From Candidatus Beckwithbacteria bacterium (lineage in GTDB: Bacteria; Patescibacteriota; Microgenomatia; UBA1400; CG1-02-47-37): DNA of 64,000 bases. Below the pieces are notes generated by a model that made no database searches, was not told the DNA's origin, and was given only the letters and a program-made list of their open reading frames with translations. Position 1 is the stretch's first letter; each line of letters opens with the position of its first letter. The translations under genes and the position numbers were made by a program. The stretch is taken from assembly GCA_043803225.1 (NCBI GenBank), contig JAZDKF010000012.1:118647-182646 (forward strand), written 5' to 3'. This document shows, one piece after another, positions 41,270 through 51,396 of the stretch.

Positions 41270-41785
41270 ATGCTAGAAACTTGGTTAGACATTGGTGGTT
41301 TAAGAGGCGATTATTATCAAAACCTTTCTCAACCAGAAAATCACCCCGGCGTTCAATTAATCATTCTTGATAAGTTTTTTTGTGGCCAGCCTTTGCCGCC
41401 AACCCTTTTCCCGGATAAGCCTGTTTTCTATCTTGGCGGCCAAGCTGAAAATTTGCCCTTAGCTGCGGCTTCTGTCAGCCGGATCGACACCAATTTATTA
41501 TTTTCCAGAATTAAAACCGCCCAGGCTGTCATTCCTCGTTTATTTGCCGAGATTAATCGGGTGTTAAAACCGGGCGGCCAAGTTCAGTTATGCGAACACA
41601 AAGCCATTATTGAATTAATGTATATTTTCTTCCATTCTTTTAATCAAAACCAGTTTAACATCGTCCAAAAACCTGTTTCTGCCCGGCTTTATTCTCGAAG
41701 TGCCTTAGTTAGCTTTTTTTTCACTCCAGATATAAATGTTGATCCGGCCCTGGAACCATATTTTTTCCATTTTGCCAAAAAATAA
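41270..41785 (+). CDS. Divergent class I SAM methyltransferase-like protein
   Basis: LDIGG, AENLPLAAASV, EINRVLKPGG. Start at ATG 41270, 9 nt after TGtTATAAT. Confidence 0.65.
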   Translation: MLETWLDIGGLRGDYYQNLSQPENHPGVQLIILDKFFCGQPLPPTLFPDKPVFYLGGQAENLPLAAASVSRIDTNLLFSRIKTAQAVIPRLFAEINRVLKPGGQVQLCEHKAIIELMYIFFHSFNQNQFNIVQKPVSARLYSRSALVSFFFTPDINVDPALEPYFFHFAKK

Positions 41786-41794
41786 GTAAGTTTA

Positions 41795-41852
41795 CCTGCA
41801 AGGTCCGACCTCGCCGGGTTTTTTTAGGACCTACAAGGAGTCTCCTCGTAGG
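41795..41852. repeat. Tandem pair of REP-like palindromes, copies 2 and 3
   Basis: cctgcaaggtc-c-gacctcgccgg (41795-41817) and cctacaaggag-t-ctcctcgtagg (41830-41852). Confidence 0.85.
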
Positions 41853-41861
41853 CGCCTCAAG

Positions 41862-41890
41862 TAGACATTTGTAGGTTTTTTGTATATAAT
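41862..41890 (+). promoter_or_regulatory. Sigma70 promoter, duplicate of the fusA promoter
   Basis: TAGACA-17 bp-TATAAT. Confidence 0.75.
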
Positions 41891-41932
41891 TAGCCTTACT
41901 GCCTGAATTATCAGCAGTTTTTTTATAAAATT

Positions 41933-42283
41933 ATGTTAGAAACCTCAAAACCATCAATTCCAATATTAAAATATAAAGGAGGGGAGATTAAAGACTATCG
42001 TCAATTTTTCCGACCTAAAACAGAAGAAACCATAGTTACTGTTTTATAAGCGAGGTCTTCTCGACTTAAGAAAAACTATTTTGTTCAAAAATGGTACTCT
42101 CATTTTTTGGAAGGAACACAAACAATTACTGATACAGCTAATCAAGAACTTAAGGCTCGAAAAAATTTTCAAGAACTGGTTGATAATTTTCGTCTGGTAA
42201 ATATTTCTGAATCAACGGCCAGAAAATTAAACTTAATTGCTGGGGTTGATTTTACCGAAATTCCCGCCCGGGCCCAACTTTAA
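41933..42283 (+). pseudogene. Orphan ORF of 116 codons interrupted by one in-frame TAA
   Basis: MLETSKPSIP...TVL*ARSSRLKKNYF...IPARAQL*. Internal TAA at 42047-42049; final TAA abuts palindrome copy 4. Confidence 0.7.
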
Positions 42284-42306
42284 CCTACAAGGAGTCTCCT
42301 CGTAGG
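42284..42306. repeat. REP-like palindrome, copy 4 (identical to copy 3)
   Basis: cctacaaggagtctcctcgtagg; begins a 62-bp direct repeat of 41829-41890. Confidence 0.9.
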
Positions 42307-42315
42307 CTACTCAAG

Positions 42316-42344
42316 TAGACAATCGCCAATTTTTTGTATATAAT
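42316..42344 (+). promoter_or_regulatory. fusA promoter
   Basis: TAGACA-17 bp-TATAAT. Confidence 0.75.
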
Positions 42345-42382
42345 CCTCTTACTTATTAATTAATTCTGTTTCTCTTAAAGAC

Positions 42383-42409
42383 ATCGCTTCCTCAAGAGAA
42401 GCGATTTTT
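42383..42409 (+). terminator. Terminator-like hairpin in the fusA leader
   Basis: atcgcttc-ctcaaga-gaagcgat followed by TTTT. Confidence 0.55.
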
Positions 42410-42420
42410 ATTGCCCCTCT

Positions 42421-44583
42421 ATGGCTACTCAATCAGACACCGCCAGAAAGCGTCAAGTGCCTCTGGACAAGATTAGAAACATCGGCATTATTGCCCATAT
42501 TGATGCCGGTAAAACCACTACCACTGAGCGGATTCTTTTCTATACAGGCAAAACCTACAAGCTCGGCGACATCGACGAAGGCACCACCCAGATGGATTGG
42601 ATGGCGCAGGAGCAGGAACGCGGCATTACCATTATGTCTGCCGCCACCACTGCTTTCTGGACTCCGACTATGTCTGGCGCAGTTGATCCGGTTGAACACC
42701 GGATTAATATTATCGATACCCCCGGCCATGTTGACTTTACTGCCGAAGTCGAACGATCTTTGCGGGTTCTTGATGGCGGCATCACTGTTTTGGACGCCGA
42801 AGAAGGCGTCCAGTCCCAATCAGAAACCGTCTGGCATCAGGCTGATAAATATCATGTTCCCCGTCTCTGTTTTGTTAATAAAATGGACAAACTCGGCGCT
42901 GACTTTCTCGCCACGGTTCAGGATATTAAAGACCGTCTCGGCGCCAACCCCGCCATTATGGCTCTGCCGATCGGTGTTGAATCTTCCTTCAAAGGCGTTG
43001 TCTTGCTTCTGGATCAAAAAGCCCTAATCTGGAAATCCGATGAAACTGGTGCCAAATATGATGTTACCGATGTGCCTGAGGACATGAAAGACCAGGTTAA
43101 AGAGTATCGCAATAAATTAATTGAACAGATCTCCGAACACGACGACGCTCTCATGAATAAGTTTTTAGAAGGCCAGGAACCAACTCCGGACGAACTGAAA
43201 AAAGCCTTAAGAAAAGCGGTTATCGGTTACCAACTCGTACCCATTTACTGCGGTTCATCTTTAAGAAACAAAGGCGTTCAGCCCTTGCTTGATGCGGTGG
43301 TTGACTACCTTCCCAGCCCAATCGATATTCCTCCCGTTGTCGGCATTAATCCCAAAACCAAAACTGAAGAAACCCGACCTAACCAAATCGACGCTCCTTT
43401 TTCTGGTCTGGCCTTCAAAATTCAAACCGACCCCCATGTTGGCCGGTTAACCTATGTCCGGCTTTATTCTGGTGTTTTAAAATCCGGCAGCTATGTTTAC
43501 AACTCTACCAAAGATAAAAAAGAACGCGCCGGCCGCTTGCTCTTAATGCACGCTAACACCCGCGAAGAAATCGACCAGGCTTTTGCCGGTGAAATCGTCG
43601 CTATTGTTGGTCTTAAAGACACCACCACCGGCGACACTCTTTGCGACGATTCTAAACCAATCATTCTTGAAGGCATTACCTTTACCGAGCCGGTTATCTC
43701 TTTGGCCATCGAGCCTAAAACCAAAGCCGACCAGGAAAAAATGGGCTTTGCCCTTAACCGTTTAGGCGATGAAGACCCGACTTTTACGATTAAATCTGAT
43801 CCGGAAACCGGCCAGACGATTATCTCCGGCATGGGCGAGCTCCATCTGGAAATCATTGTTGACCGGATGAAGCGCGAGTTTCATGTTGAAGCCAACACCG
43901 GCCAGCCCCAGGTTGCCTACAAAGAAACCATTAAAAAAGTCGCCCAGGCTGAAGGCAAGTACATTAAGCAGTCCGGCGGCCGTGGCCAGTACGGTCACTG
44001 TTTTTTAAGAATTGAACCCCAGGCCCGCGGTGAAGGCTTTTTGTTTGAATCGGAAATCGTCGGCGGTTCTATCCCGCGCGAGTTTATTACCCCGATTCAA
44101 AAAGGGGTTAAAGAAGCCTGCGAAAACGGCGTCATTGCCGGTTTTCCCCTGGTGGATATTAAAGTTGCTGTTTATGACGGTTCTTATCACGACGTTGACT
44201 CTTCCGAAATCGCCTTTAAAATTGCCGGTTCTATGGCCTTGCAGTCAGCCGTTAAACAAGCCAATCCGGTTTTATTAGAGCCGATCATGAAAGTTGAAGT
44301 CTCCACCCCGGAAGAATTCATGGGCGAGATTATCGGCGATCTGTCAAAAAAACGGGCTCACATTTCCGGTACCAGCAAGCGCGGCCGGGTCTTAATCATC
44401 AACGCCGAAGTCCCCTTGGCAGAAATGCCTCAGTATGCTACTATCCTAAGATCTATGACTCAAGGCCGGGCCAGCTTCTACATGGAGCCGTCCCACTACG
44501 AGGAAGTGCCCAATAATATTGCCATGAAAATTATTGAGAAAGCCAAACCCGGTTACCTCAAAACTGGGGATGAAAAAAAATAA
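42421..44583 (+). CDS. fusA: Elongation factor G
   Basis: [36 protein letters not shown]. Confidence 0.99.
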   Translation: MATQSDTARKRQVPLDKIRNIGIIAHIDAGKTTTTERILFYTGKTYKLGDIDEGTTQMDWMAQEQERGITIMSAATTAFWTPTMSGAVDPVEHRINIIDTPGHVDFTAEVERSLRVLDGGITVLDAEEGVQSQSETVWHQADKYHVPRLCFVNKMDKLGADFLATVQDIKDRLGANPAIMALPIGVESSFKGVVLLLDQKALIWKSDETGAKYDVTDVPEDMKDQVKEYRNKLIEQISEHDDALMNKFLEGQEPTPDELKKALRKAVIGYQLVPIYCGSSLRNKGVQPLLDAVVDYLPSPIDIPPVVGINPKTKTEETRPNQIDAPFSGLAFKIQTDPHVGRLTYVRLYSGVLKSGSYVYNSTKDKKERAGRLLLMHANTREEIDQAFAGEIVAIVGLKDTTTGDTLCDDSKPIILEGITFTEPVISLAIEPKTKADQEKMGFALNRLGDEDPTFTIKSDPETGQTIISGMGELHLEIIVDRMKREFHVEANTGQPQVAYKETIKKVAQAEGKYIKQSGGRGQYGHCFLRIEPQARGEGFLFESEIVGGSIPREFITPIQKGVKEACENGVIAGFPLVDIKVAVYDGSYHDVDSSEIAFKIAGSMALQSAVKQANPVLLEPIMKVEVSTPEEFMGEIIGDLSKKRAHISGTSKRGRVLIINAEVPLAEMPQYATILRSMTQGRASFYMEPSHYEEVPNNIAMKIIEKAKPGYLKTGDEKK

Positions 44584-44637
44584 AAAAACCAGTAAAATAT
44601 GTTCAAAACTAAAATAGTTATTAATTTCTAAGGAGGC

Positions 44638-44652
44638 TCCGCCTCAGGCGGA
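44638..44652. repeat. 15-bp hairpin between the SD and start codon of tuf
   Basis: tccgcc-tca-ggcgga. Confidence 0.75.
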
Positions 44653-44659
44653 TCAGTTT

Positions 44660-45838
44660 ATGGCTACATATCAACGCACCAAACCCCACGTTAACGTCGG
44701 CACGATCGGCCACGTTGATCATGGCAAAACCACTCTTTCCGCTGCGATTACCCAATATCTGGCTAAAAAGAACTTGGCTCAAGCGATGAAGTTTGAAGAC
44801 ATCGATAAATCTCCGGAAGAAAAGGAACGGGGTATTACCATTTCCATTTCTCACCTGGAGTATGAAACCGAAAAACGTCACTATGCTCACATTGACTGTC
44901 CTGGGCATAAAGACTACATCAAGAATATGATCACCGGCGCCGCTCAAATGGATGGCGCTATTTTAGTTGTTGCCGCCACTGATGGCCCTATGCCTCAGAC
45001 CCGCGAGCACATCTTGCTGGCCCGCCAGGTTAACGTCCCGGCTTTAGTGGTGTTCTTAAACAAGGTTGATGCGGTGGACGACAAAGAAATGGTTGACTTG
45101 GTTGAAGAAGAAGTTAGGGAGCTTTTAACCAAGTATGAATTTCCGGGTAAAGACATCCCCATCATTCGCGGCAGCGCTCTTAAAGCCCTGGAAGGCGACG
45201 CTGAAGCTATTAAAGCCATCGAAGCCCTGCTTAAAGCTTTAGATGAATACATTCCTGAACCCAAACGACCTTTAGATAAGCCATTTTTGATGGCGGTCGA
45301 GGACGTTTTCTCCATTAAAGGCCGGGGCACTGTCGCTACCGGTAGAATTGACCGCGGCAAAATTAAGGTCGGCGAAGAAGTCGAAATTGTCGGCATCCGT
45401 CCGACTAAAAAATCCGTGGTTACCGGCGTCGAGATGTTTCGCAAACAACTCGATGAAGGTCAGGCTGGCGACAATGTTGGCATTCTCCTGCGAGGCATTG
45501 AAAAAGACGATATTGAACGCGGCCAGGTCTTAGCCAAATCTGGTTCAGTTACCGCCCACAGTGAATTTTACGCCGAAGTCTATATTCTTTCCAAAGAAGA
45601 AGGCGGCCGCCACACACCTTTCTTTACCGGCTACAAACCCCAGTTTTACATTCGGACTACCGATGTGACTGGCGATGTCGCTCTTGAAAAAGGCGTGGAA
45701 ATGGTCATGCCTGGTGACAGCGCTAAAATGACTGTTAAGTTAATTCAGCCGGTTGCCTTAGAAGAAGGCTTGCGGTTTGCTATCCGCGAGGGTGGCTTAA
45801 CTGTTGGGGCTGGGGTCATCACCAAAATCTTGGCCTAA
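44660..45838 (+). CDS. tuf: Elongation factor Tu
   Basis: [26 protein letters not shown]. Confidence 0.99.
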   Translation: MATYQRTKPHVNVGTIGHVDHGKTTLSAAITQYLAKKNLAQAMKFEDIDKSPEEKERGITISISHLEYETEKRHYAHIDCPGHKDYIKNMITGAAQMDGAILVVAATDGPMPQTREHILLARQVNVPALVVFLNKVDAVDDKEMVDLVEEEVRELLTKYEFPGKDIPIIRGSALKALEGDAEAIKAIEALLKALDEYIPEPKRPLDKPFLMAVEDVFSIKGRGTVATGRIDRGKIKVGEEVEIVGIRPTKKSVVTGVEMFRKQLDEGQAGDNVGILLRGIEKDDIERGQVLAKSGSVTAHSEFYAEVYILSKEEGGRHTPFFTGYKPQFYIRTTDVTGDVALEKGVEMVMPGDSAKMTVKLIQPVALEEGLRFAIREGGLTVGAGVITKILA

Positions 45839-45865
45839 CTTAAAAAAGTTAAAATTATTAATTAA

Positions 45866-45891
45866 TAAGATGAGCCTTAGGGCTCATCTTA
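45866..45891 (+). promoter_or_regulatory. 11-bp hairpin immediately upstream of rpsJ
   Basis: taagatgagcc-ttag-ggctcatctta, 6 nt before the ATG. Confidence 0.55.
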
Positions 45892-45897
45892 ACTCTT

Positions 45898-46206
45898 ATG
45901 CCAAAAGGCAGAATACGTATCAGATTAAAATCGTATGATCATCGGATCATCGATGAATGCTGCCAAAAAATCCTCGACACCGCTCTGGCAACCGGGGCTA
46001 AAGTTGTCGGCCCGGTGCCTTTGCCTACCGGTAGAAAGTTAATCAGCGTCATTACCAGCCCTCATACTGATAAAAATGCCCAGGAACACTTCCAAATGTT
46101 GACTCACAAGCGTTTAATCGACATTCTCGACTCGACTGACAAAACCATTGACAGCTTAATGCATCTGGAACTGCCGGCCGGTGTGGGAATTGAAGTCAGG
46201 ATGTAA
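45898..46206 (+). CDS. rpsJ: 30S ribosomal protein S10
   Basis: IRIRLKSYDH, GPVPLPT, THKRLIDI. Confidence 0.98.
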   Translation: MPKGRIRIRLKSYDHRIIDECCQKILDTALATGAKVVGPVPLPTGRKLISVITSPHTDKNAQEHFQMLTHKRLIDILDSTDKTIDSLMHLELPAGVGIEVRM

Positions 46207-46211
46207 TTTTT

Positions 46212-46799
46212 ATGATTAAGCAGTTCTTTGTTACCAAGCTGGCCACGACTCAAACCTTTGATCAACAGGGGAATCGGCTCGTGGCGACTCAGGTTTTAGC
46301 CCAGCCCTTAACCGTTTTGCAGGTTAAAACTTTAGCTTCAGATGGCTATGCCTCCATTCAATGCGCCATCGGTCAGAAAACCACCAAAAAACCTAAATTT
46401 ATCCGCGAAATCCGTGTTCAAGAAAGCGACGCCTATAAGCCCGGCGACCAAATTAACTTAAACGATGTATTCCAGCCCGGTGATCGGTTAAAAGCCGCTG
46501 GTCTTTCTAAAGGCCGCGGTTTTGCCGGCGTAATCAAGCGCCATGGTTTTCATGGCGGCCCCAAAACTCACGGTCAGTCAGATCGGCCCCGTTCTCCCGG
46601 CTCAATTGGCATGCGGACTACCCCCGGCCGGGTTTGGAAAGGCAAAAAAATGGCCGGCCACTATGGCATGGCCACCAAAGCCATCCGCAATCTTCAGGTT
46701 CTTAAGTTTAATGAAACTGATCATATTTTACTGATTACCGGCACCATTCCTGGTTCCAGAAATACCTTAATCACCTTAACTAAAACTAAACCGGCTTAA
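46212..46799 (+). CDS. rplC: 50S ribosomal protein L3
   Basis: SKGRGFAGVIKRHGF, PGRVWKGKKMAGHYG. Confidence 0.97.
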   Translation: MIKQFFVTKLATTQTFDQQGNRLVATQVLAQPLTVLQVKTLASDGYASIQCAIGQKTTKKPKFIREIRVQESDAYKPGDQINLNDVFQPGDRLKAAGLSKGRGFAGVIKRHGFHGGPKTHGQSDRPRSPGSIGMRTTPGRVWKGKKMAGHYGMATKAIRNLQVLKFNETDHILLITGTIPGSRNTLITLTKTKPA

Positions 46800-46806
46800 A
46801 TATTTT

Positions 46807-47439
46807 ATGACTAAACTAGACGTTTTATCTACCAGCGCTAAAAAACTTGAATCCCTAACGGTTAAAGACAAGATTTTTAAGGCTAAAATTAATCCAAGCC
46901 TGATGGCTCAGGCGGTTAGAGTCTATCTTTCTAATCAGCGGGTGGCTTCGGCTGTTACCAAAAACCGCAATGATATTAATGTCACCCACGCTAAAGTTTG
47001 GCGCCAAAAAGGTACTGGCCGGGCCCGTCATGGAGCCCGCAACGCCCCAATCTTTGTCGGCGGCTCCAAAACCTTCGGCCCGTCCGGGCAGCAGAACTAC
47101 TATCTTAAATTTCCTCAGAAAATGCGCTGTTTAAGTCTGTTTAGCGCCCTTTCCTCCAAATTCAAAGATCAGCAAATATTAGTTGTCGACGGTTTGGAAA
47201 AAATCAAGCCCTCCACCAAAGCTTTTGATAAAATCTTTCACGCCTTAGTTAAAACTCCTCATAAAATCCTGCTTTTAGTCGATCGGCCTCAGCTTTCGAT
47301 CAAACAAAGCGTTGCCAACCTGCCTTATCTGCAATACAACCTCTCTAACTCTCTGTCTGTCTATCAGATTCTCAACGCTGATACATTAATCTTTACCAAA
47401 GCGGCTATTGTCAGCCTCCAAGCCCACTATAAATTATGA
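46807..47439 (+). CDS. rplD: 50S ribosomal protein L4
   Basis: WRQKGTGRARHG. Confidence 0.97.
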   Translation: MTKLDVLSTSAKKLESLTVKDKIFKAKINPSLMAQAVRVYLSNQRVASAVTKNRNDINVTHAKVWRQKGTGRARHGARNAPIFVGGSKTFGPSGQQNYYLKFPQKMRCLSLFSALSSKFKDQQILVVDGLEKIKPSTKAFDKIFHALVKTPHKILLLVDRPQLSIKQSVANLPYLQYNLSNSLSVYQILNADTLIFTKAAIVSLQAHYKL

Positions 47440-47738
47440 TTTTAAAACCAATCATCACTGAAAAATCCATGAAGCTGGCCCAAGCCGGTCAGTTTACTTT
47501 TGCTATTACTAAAGACACTACCAAAGATCAGGTAAAAGCTAGCCTTCACCAGCTTTTTAAGGTTGATGTCGTCAAAGTCAGAATTCTCCGTCTTGCCCGC
47601 AAAACCCGCCGTTCAGCTAAGTCTCGCGCTACCCGCCAGACTCAGCTTAGAATTAAAGCTATTGTCACCTTAAAACCCGGTCAAATGATCGAGTATTTTA
47701 AACTACCGGAGAAGAAAAAAACCAAAAAAACCAAATAA
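47436..47738 (+). CDS. rplW: 50S ribosomal protein L23
   Basis: PIITEKS, KAIVTL; operon position. Confidence 0.95.
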   Translation: MILKPIITEKSMKLAQAGQFTFAITKDTTKDQVKASLHQLFKVDVVKVRILRLARKTRRSAKSRATRQTQLRIKAIVTLKPGQMIEYFKLPEKKKTKKTK

Positions 47739-47741
47739 CCT

Positions 47742-48572
47742 ATGCCGATTAAACATCATCAACCTACTACCCCCGGCCGCCGTCACCGCACTGACCTTGA
47801 CTGGTCAATTCTAACGGCTAAAAGGCCGGAAAAAAGCTTAATTAGAAAGCTTAAATATAATGCCGGCCGGAACTCTACCGGTAAATTAACTGTCCGCCAT
47901 CACGGCGGCCAGGAAAAGCGGCTTTTTCGCATCATCGACTTTAAACGGGATAAAAGAAACATTCCTGCCCGGGTTGCCAGTATTGAATACGATCCCAACC
48001 GCACCGCCAACATTGCCTTGCTTTTTTATCCTGATGGGGCCAAACGCTACATCTTAGCCCCGCAAGGCTTGCAGGTTAATCACTTAGTCGAATCAGGCGA
48101 GAAAGCTCCGGTCAGGCCCGGCAACTCTTTGCCTTTAAAAAACATTCCCATCGGCAGCCTGCTTCATAATCTTGAAATAACTCCGGGCAAAGGCGGCCAA
48201 CTGGTCCGCTCTGCCGGCAATACGGCTACCCTGCAAAGTAAAGATAAATTTGCCATAATTAAACTCCCTTCAGGCGAGATTCGGCAAATTTCCTTGAATT
48301 GTTATGCTACAATAGGCGAGGTTTCTAACCCTGAACTTAAAAATATTAAGCTTGGTAAGGCTGGCCGCAAACGCCACCAGGGCATTAAGCCCACTGTCCG
48401 CGGTACCGCTCAAAACCCCCGCTCCCATCCGCACGGCGGCGGCGAAGGCCGTTCTGGTGTCGGTCGGATTCATCCGGTCTCTCCCTGGGGTAAACCGGCC
48501 TTGGGTAAGAAAACCAGAAATAGACGGAAATATTCATCCCGGCTTATTATTAAAGATAGGCGGATTAAATAA
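47742..48572 (+). CDS. rplB: 50S ribosomal protein L2
   Basis: [21 protein letters not shown]. Confidence 0.98.
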   Translation: MPIKHHQPTTPGRRHRTDLDWSILTAKRPEKSLIRKLKYNAGRNSTGKLTVRHHGGQEKRLFRIIDFKRDKRNIPARVASIEYDPNRTANIALLFYPDGAKRYILAPQGLQVNHLVESGEKAPVRPGNSLPLKNIPIGSLLHNLEITPGKGGQLVRSAGNTATLQSKDKFAIIKLPSGEIRQISLNCYATIGEVSNPELKNIKLGKAGRKRHQGIKPTVRGTAQNPRSHPHGGGEGRSGVGRIHPVSPWGKPALGKKTRNRRKYSSRLIIKDRRIK

Positions 48573-48574
48573 CT

Positions 48575-48856
48575 ATGAGAAGTAGTAAAAAAGGTCCCTA
48601 CGTGGACGAAAAATTATTAAAGAAAATTAAAGCCCAAAAAGAGATCGGTAAAAAAGAACCGATCAAAACTTGGGCCCGCGCTAGTCAAATTCCGCCGGAA
48701 TTTGTCGGGATTACCTTTAAAGTTCACAATGGCCATAAATTTATCGAAGTTTTTGTCAACGAGGCCATGGTTGGCCATCGCTTAGGGGAGTTTTCTCCCA
48801 CCCGGACTTTCCATGGTCACGGCAAGATGGTCAAACGCTTGGTGACCAAAACTTAA
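48575..48856 (+). CDS. rpsS: 30S ribosomal protein S19
   Basis: [22 protein letters not shown]. Confidence 0.98.
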   Translation: MRSSKKGPYVDEKLLKKIKAQKEIGKKEPIKTWARASQIPPEFVGITFKVHNGHKFIEVFVNEAMVGHRLGEFSPTRTFHGHGKMVKRLVTKT

Positions 48857-48860
48857 AAAT

Positions 48861-49235
48861 ATGTTAATTAAATCCGAAATTAAATTTTTAAGGACTGGCC
48901 CGCGCAAGATTCGGCTCGTTGCCGATCTGGTTAGGCCTATGTCTGTTGCCGATGCCTTAACTACCTTAAAGCATTTGCCTCAACGGGGCGCCGTCCATGT
49001 TTTAAAGCTTTTTGAACAAGCAATTGCCAATGCGGTTAACAACCACAACTTAAGGAAAGACGTTTTATCGATTCATACTTTAGAAGTCAACTCCGGTCCG
49101 GCCTACAAGCGCTTCCAGCCGGTTTCCCGCGGCCGGGCCCACTCAATTTTAAAAAGAACCAGCCATTTAAAGCTGGTTTTAGAAAGCGTTGAACCGGAAA
49201 AACCAAAGGAGGCCAAAAATGGGACAAAAAGTTAA
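48861..49235 (+). CDS. rplV: 50S ribosomal protein L22
   Basis: PRKIRLVADLVR, RGRAHSILKRTSH. Confidence 0.97.
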   Translation: MLIKSEIKFLRTGPRKIRLVADLVRPMSVADALTTLKHLPQRGAVHVLKLFEQAIANAVNNHNLRKDVLSIHTLEVNSGPAYKRFQPVSRGRAHSILKRTSHLKLVLESVEPEKPKEAKNGTKS

Positions 49236-49875
49236 TCCTCACACCTTTAGGCTCGGCACCATTTTTAACTGGGCTTCCAACTGGTATGCCGACGGTAAAT
49301 CCTATCATCAGTTTTTGCTCGAAGATCTAAAGCTTCGAAAATTTCTTCTGGAAAAACTTAAACTGGCCGGTATTACTGAAGTAAAAATCGACCGGTCGAT
49401 CAATACTTTAAAAATTACTTTATTTGTTTCCCGTCCCGGCGTAGTCATCGGCCGCGGCGGTTCGGGTTTGGAAGAGCTAAAAACCCAGATAGCTAAAAAA
49501 ATAAAATTTGATAAACAGACTAAAAAAGCGCCTAAATTTGAACTTCAAGTAATTGAAGTGAAAAACCCAGATCTGTCTGCTCGATTAATCGGTTTGCGTT
49601 TGGCCGAACAACTCCTGAAACGTTATCCTCATCGCCGGGCCGCCGCCCAAGTCTTGGAAAAAACCATGTCCGCCGGCGCCAAAGGCGTTAAACTGCTTTT
49701 TTCCGGCCGTATTGGCGGCGCCGAAATTGCCCGCCGCGAAAAATTTATCGCCGGCAGCATCCCTCTAAGCACTATCCGTTCCAACATTGATTACTTTCAA
49801 CAGCCGGCCTTTACCAAATATGGCTATGTGGGCATCAAAGTCTGGGTCTATAAAGGAGAGGAAACCGTTAAATAA
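49219..49875 (+). CDS. rpsC: 30S ribosomal protein S3
   Basis: MGQKVNP start after AAGGAGG; [17 protein letters not shown]. Confidence 0.98.
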   Translation: MGQKVNPHTFRLGTIFNWASNWYADGKSYHQFLLEDLKLRKFLLEKLKLAGITEVKIDRSINTLKITLFVSRPGVVIGRGGSGLEELKTQIAKKIKFDKQTKKAPKFELQVIEVKNPDLSARLIGLRLAEQLLKRYPHRRAAAQVLEKTMSAGAKGVKLLFSGRIGGAEIARREKFIAGSIPLSTIRSNIDYFQQPAFTKYGYVGIKVWVYKGEETVK

Positions 49876-49877
49876 CT

Positions 49878-50285
49878 ATGCTGCAGCCTAAACGTCAAAA
49901 ATTTCGAAAAAGTTTTCGAGGCTCTATGGGAGGCTTAAGTTATGCCGGTTCAACCTTAAGTTTTGGCGACTATGGTTTAAAAGCCTTAGCTTGTAGTTGG
50001 GTCACCGCCCGTCAGATCGAAGCCGCCAGAAAAACCATTGCTCATCACACTAAACGCGTCGGTCGTCTCTGGATTCGCATCTTTCCGGACAAAACCTATA
50101 CTAAAAAAGGCGCTGGGGTTAGGATGGGCGGCGGCAAAGGCGAAGTCGAAGGCTATGTCTGCGTCGTTAAGCCCGGCCGGATCATGTTTGAACTGGCCGG
50201 AGTTGAGGAAAAAATTGCTCTTGAATCTTTTCGTTTGGCTACCCAAAAACTTTCCCTTAAAACCAAAGTGGTTAAAAAAAGTTAA
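49878..50285 (+). CDS. rplP: 50S ribosomal protein L16
   Basis: MLQPKR, RQIEAAR, RMGGGKG. Confidence 0.98.
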   Translation: MLQPKRQKFRKSFRGSMGGLSYAGSTLSFGDYGLKALACSWVTARQIEAARKTIAHHTKRVGRLWIRIFPDKTYTKKGAGVRMGGGKGEVEGYVCVVKPGRIMFELAGVEEKIALESFRLATQKLSLKTKVVKKS

Positions 50286-50293
50286 AATATTAT

Positions 50294-50473
50294 ATGAAAA
50301 CCAATTACTCTCAACAATTTAAAGCCAAAAAACCTGCTGACATTAAACAGGAGCTAGTCTTAAAACAACAGGAACTTAACCAGTTAAAACTCGACCTTAA
50401 GGCTAATAAGTTAAAAAATACCAGTCAAATTAAAACCATTCGCTATCAAATTTCTATCTTAAAAAGTTTATGA
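50294..50473 (+). CDS. rpmC: 50S ribosomal protein L29 (not in ORF track)
   Basis: Manually translated, 59 aa: MKTNYSQQFKAKKPADIKQEL...[21 protein letters not shown]; lies between rplP and rpsQ. Confidence 0.9.
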   Translation: MKTNYSQQFKAKKPADIKQELVLKQQELNQLKLDLKANKLKNTSQIKTIRYQISILKSL

Positions 50474-50694
50474 AACAACTTAAGGCCACGGTTATTAATA
50501 CCAAAATGGCTCAAACCGCCGTCGTTCAGGTTACCAGGCGCTGGACTCATCCGCTTTACCAGAAAACCTTAACTAAAAAGAAAAAATTCTTATGTCAAAA
50601 CCAGCTGGAGCTTAAAGCCGGCGATAAAGTTGTCATTCAACCGTGTCGTCCGCAAAGCAAGCTTAAAAAGTGGCAGGTAATTAAAAAAATATGA
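50470..50694 (+). CDS. rpsQ: 30S ribosomal protein S17
   Basis: [25 protein letters not shown]. Confidence 0.96.
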   Translation: MKQLKATVINTKMAQTAVVQVTRRWTHPLYQKTLTKKKKFLCQNQLELKAGDKVVIQPCRPQSKLKKWQVIKKI

Positions 50695-51065
50695 TTCAAT
50701 TGCGCACCATCTTGCATGTTGCTGATAATTCCGGGGCTAAACGCCTCCGGGTTATTTTGGTTCACGGTGGTTCTAAGAAGAAATTTGGTTACTTAGGCGA
50801 TCTGGTTACTTGTTCAGTTTTTGAAGCCAACCCTCACGGCGCCGTCAAAAAAGGCGAAATCGTTAAAGCAGTCATTGTCCGCACCCGGAAAGAACATGGT
50901 CGTCCCGACGGTTCTTATATCCGTTTCGACGATAATGCCGCGGTTATTTTAGAAAATGTCGCTACCAAAGATCCCAAAGCCAGCCGCGTTTTCGGTCCTG
51001 TCGCCCGCGAAATTAAAAATTTGGGGTTTAATAAAATTGCCTCCCTGGCTCCGGAGGTGCTCTAA
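50691..51065 (+). CDS. rplN: 50S ribosomal protein L14
   Basis: [24 protein letters not shown]. Confidence 0.98.
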   Translation: MIQLRTILHVADNSGAKRLRVILVHGGSKKKFGYLGDLVTCSVFEANPHGAVKKGEIVKAVIVRTRKEHGRPDGSYIRFDDNAAVILENVATKDPKASRVFGPVAREIKNLGFNKIASLAPEVL

Positions 51066-51069
51066 CTTT

Positions 51070-51396
51070 ATGAAATTTAAATTAAACGACACCGTTAAAG
51101 TCACTCTCGGCAAAGACCGGGGTAAAACCGGTAAGATCGAAGCGGTTCTAGCCAAATCCAACCGGGTTATTGTCGCTGGCGTCAATCTTTACAAAAAACA
51201 CTTAAAAAAACAGAGCGACAAACAGCCCGGCGGCATTCTTGACCTGCCTCGGCCTCTGTCGTTGTCAAAAATTGCCCTAATTTGTCCTAAATGCCACCTG
51301 GTTACCCGTATTGGTTATGACGGAGTCAATCAGAAGAAAATCAGAATCTGTAAAAAATGCCATAAACCAATTGACGGTGGAGGGATTAAATCATGA
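51070..51396 (+). CDS. rplX: 50S ribosomal protein L24
   Basis: ATG 51070; GKDRGKTG KOW motif; CPKC...CKKC. Confidence 0.95.
   Translation: MKFKLNDTVKVTLGKDRGKTGKIEAVLAKSNRVIVAGVNLYKKHLKKQSDKQPGGILDLPRPLSLSKIALICPKCHLVTRIGYDGVNQKKIRICKKCHKPIDGGGIKS

Noticed and set aside
42047-42049. Stop-codon reassignment explaining the internal TAA
   Set aside because: TAA, TAG and TGA all terminate conserved genes in this window, so code 11 holds.
41208-42306. Palindromes as a CRISPR array or integron attC sites
   Set aside because: Spacing is hundreds of bp and irregular, with genes in between. Units are 23 bp, without the RYYYAAC...GTTRRRY boxes and length of attC. No cas1 or intI is present.
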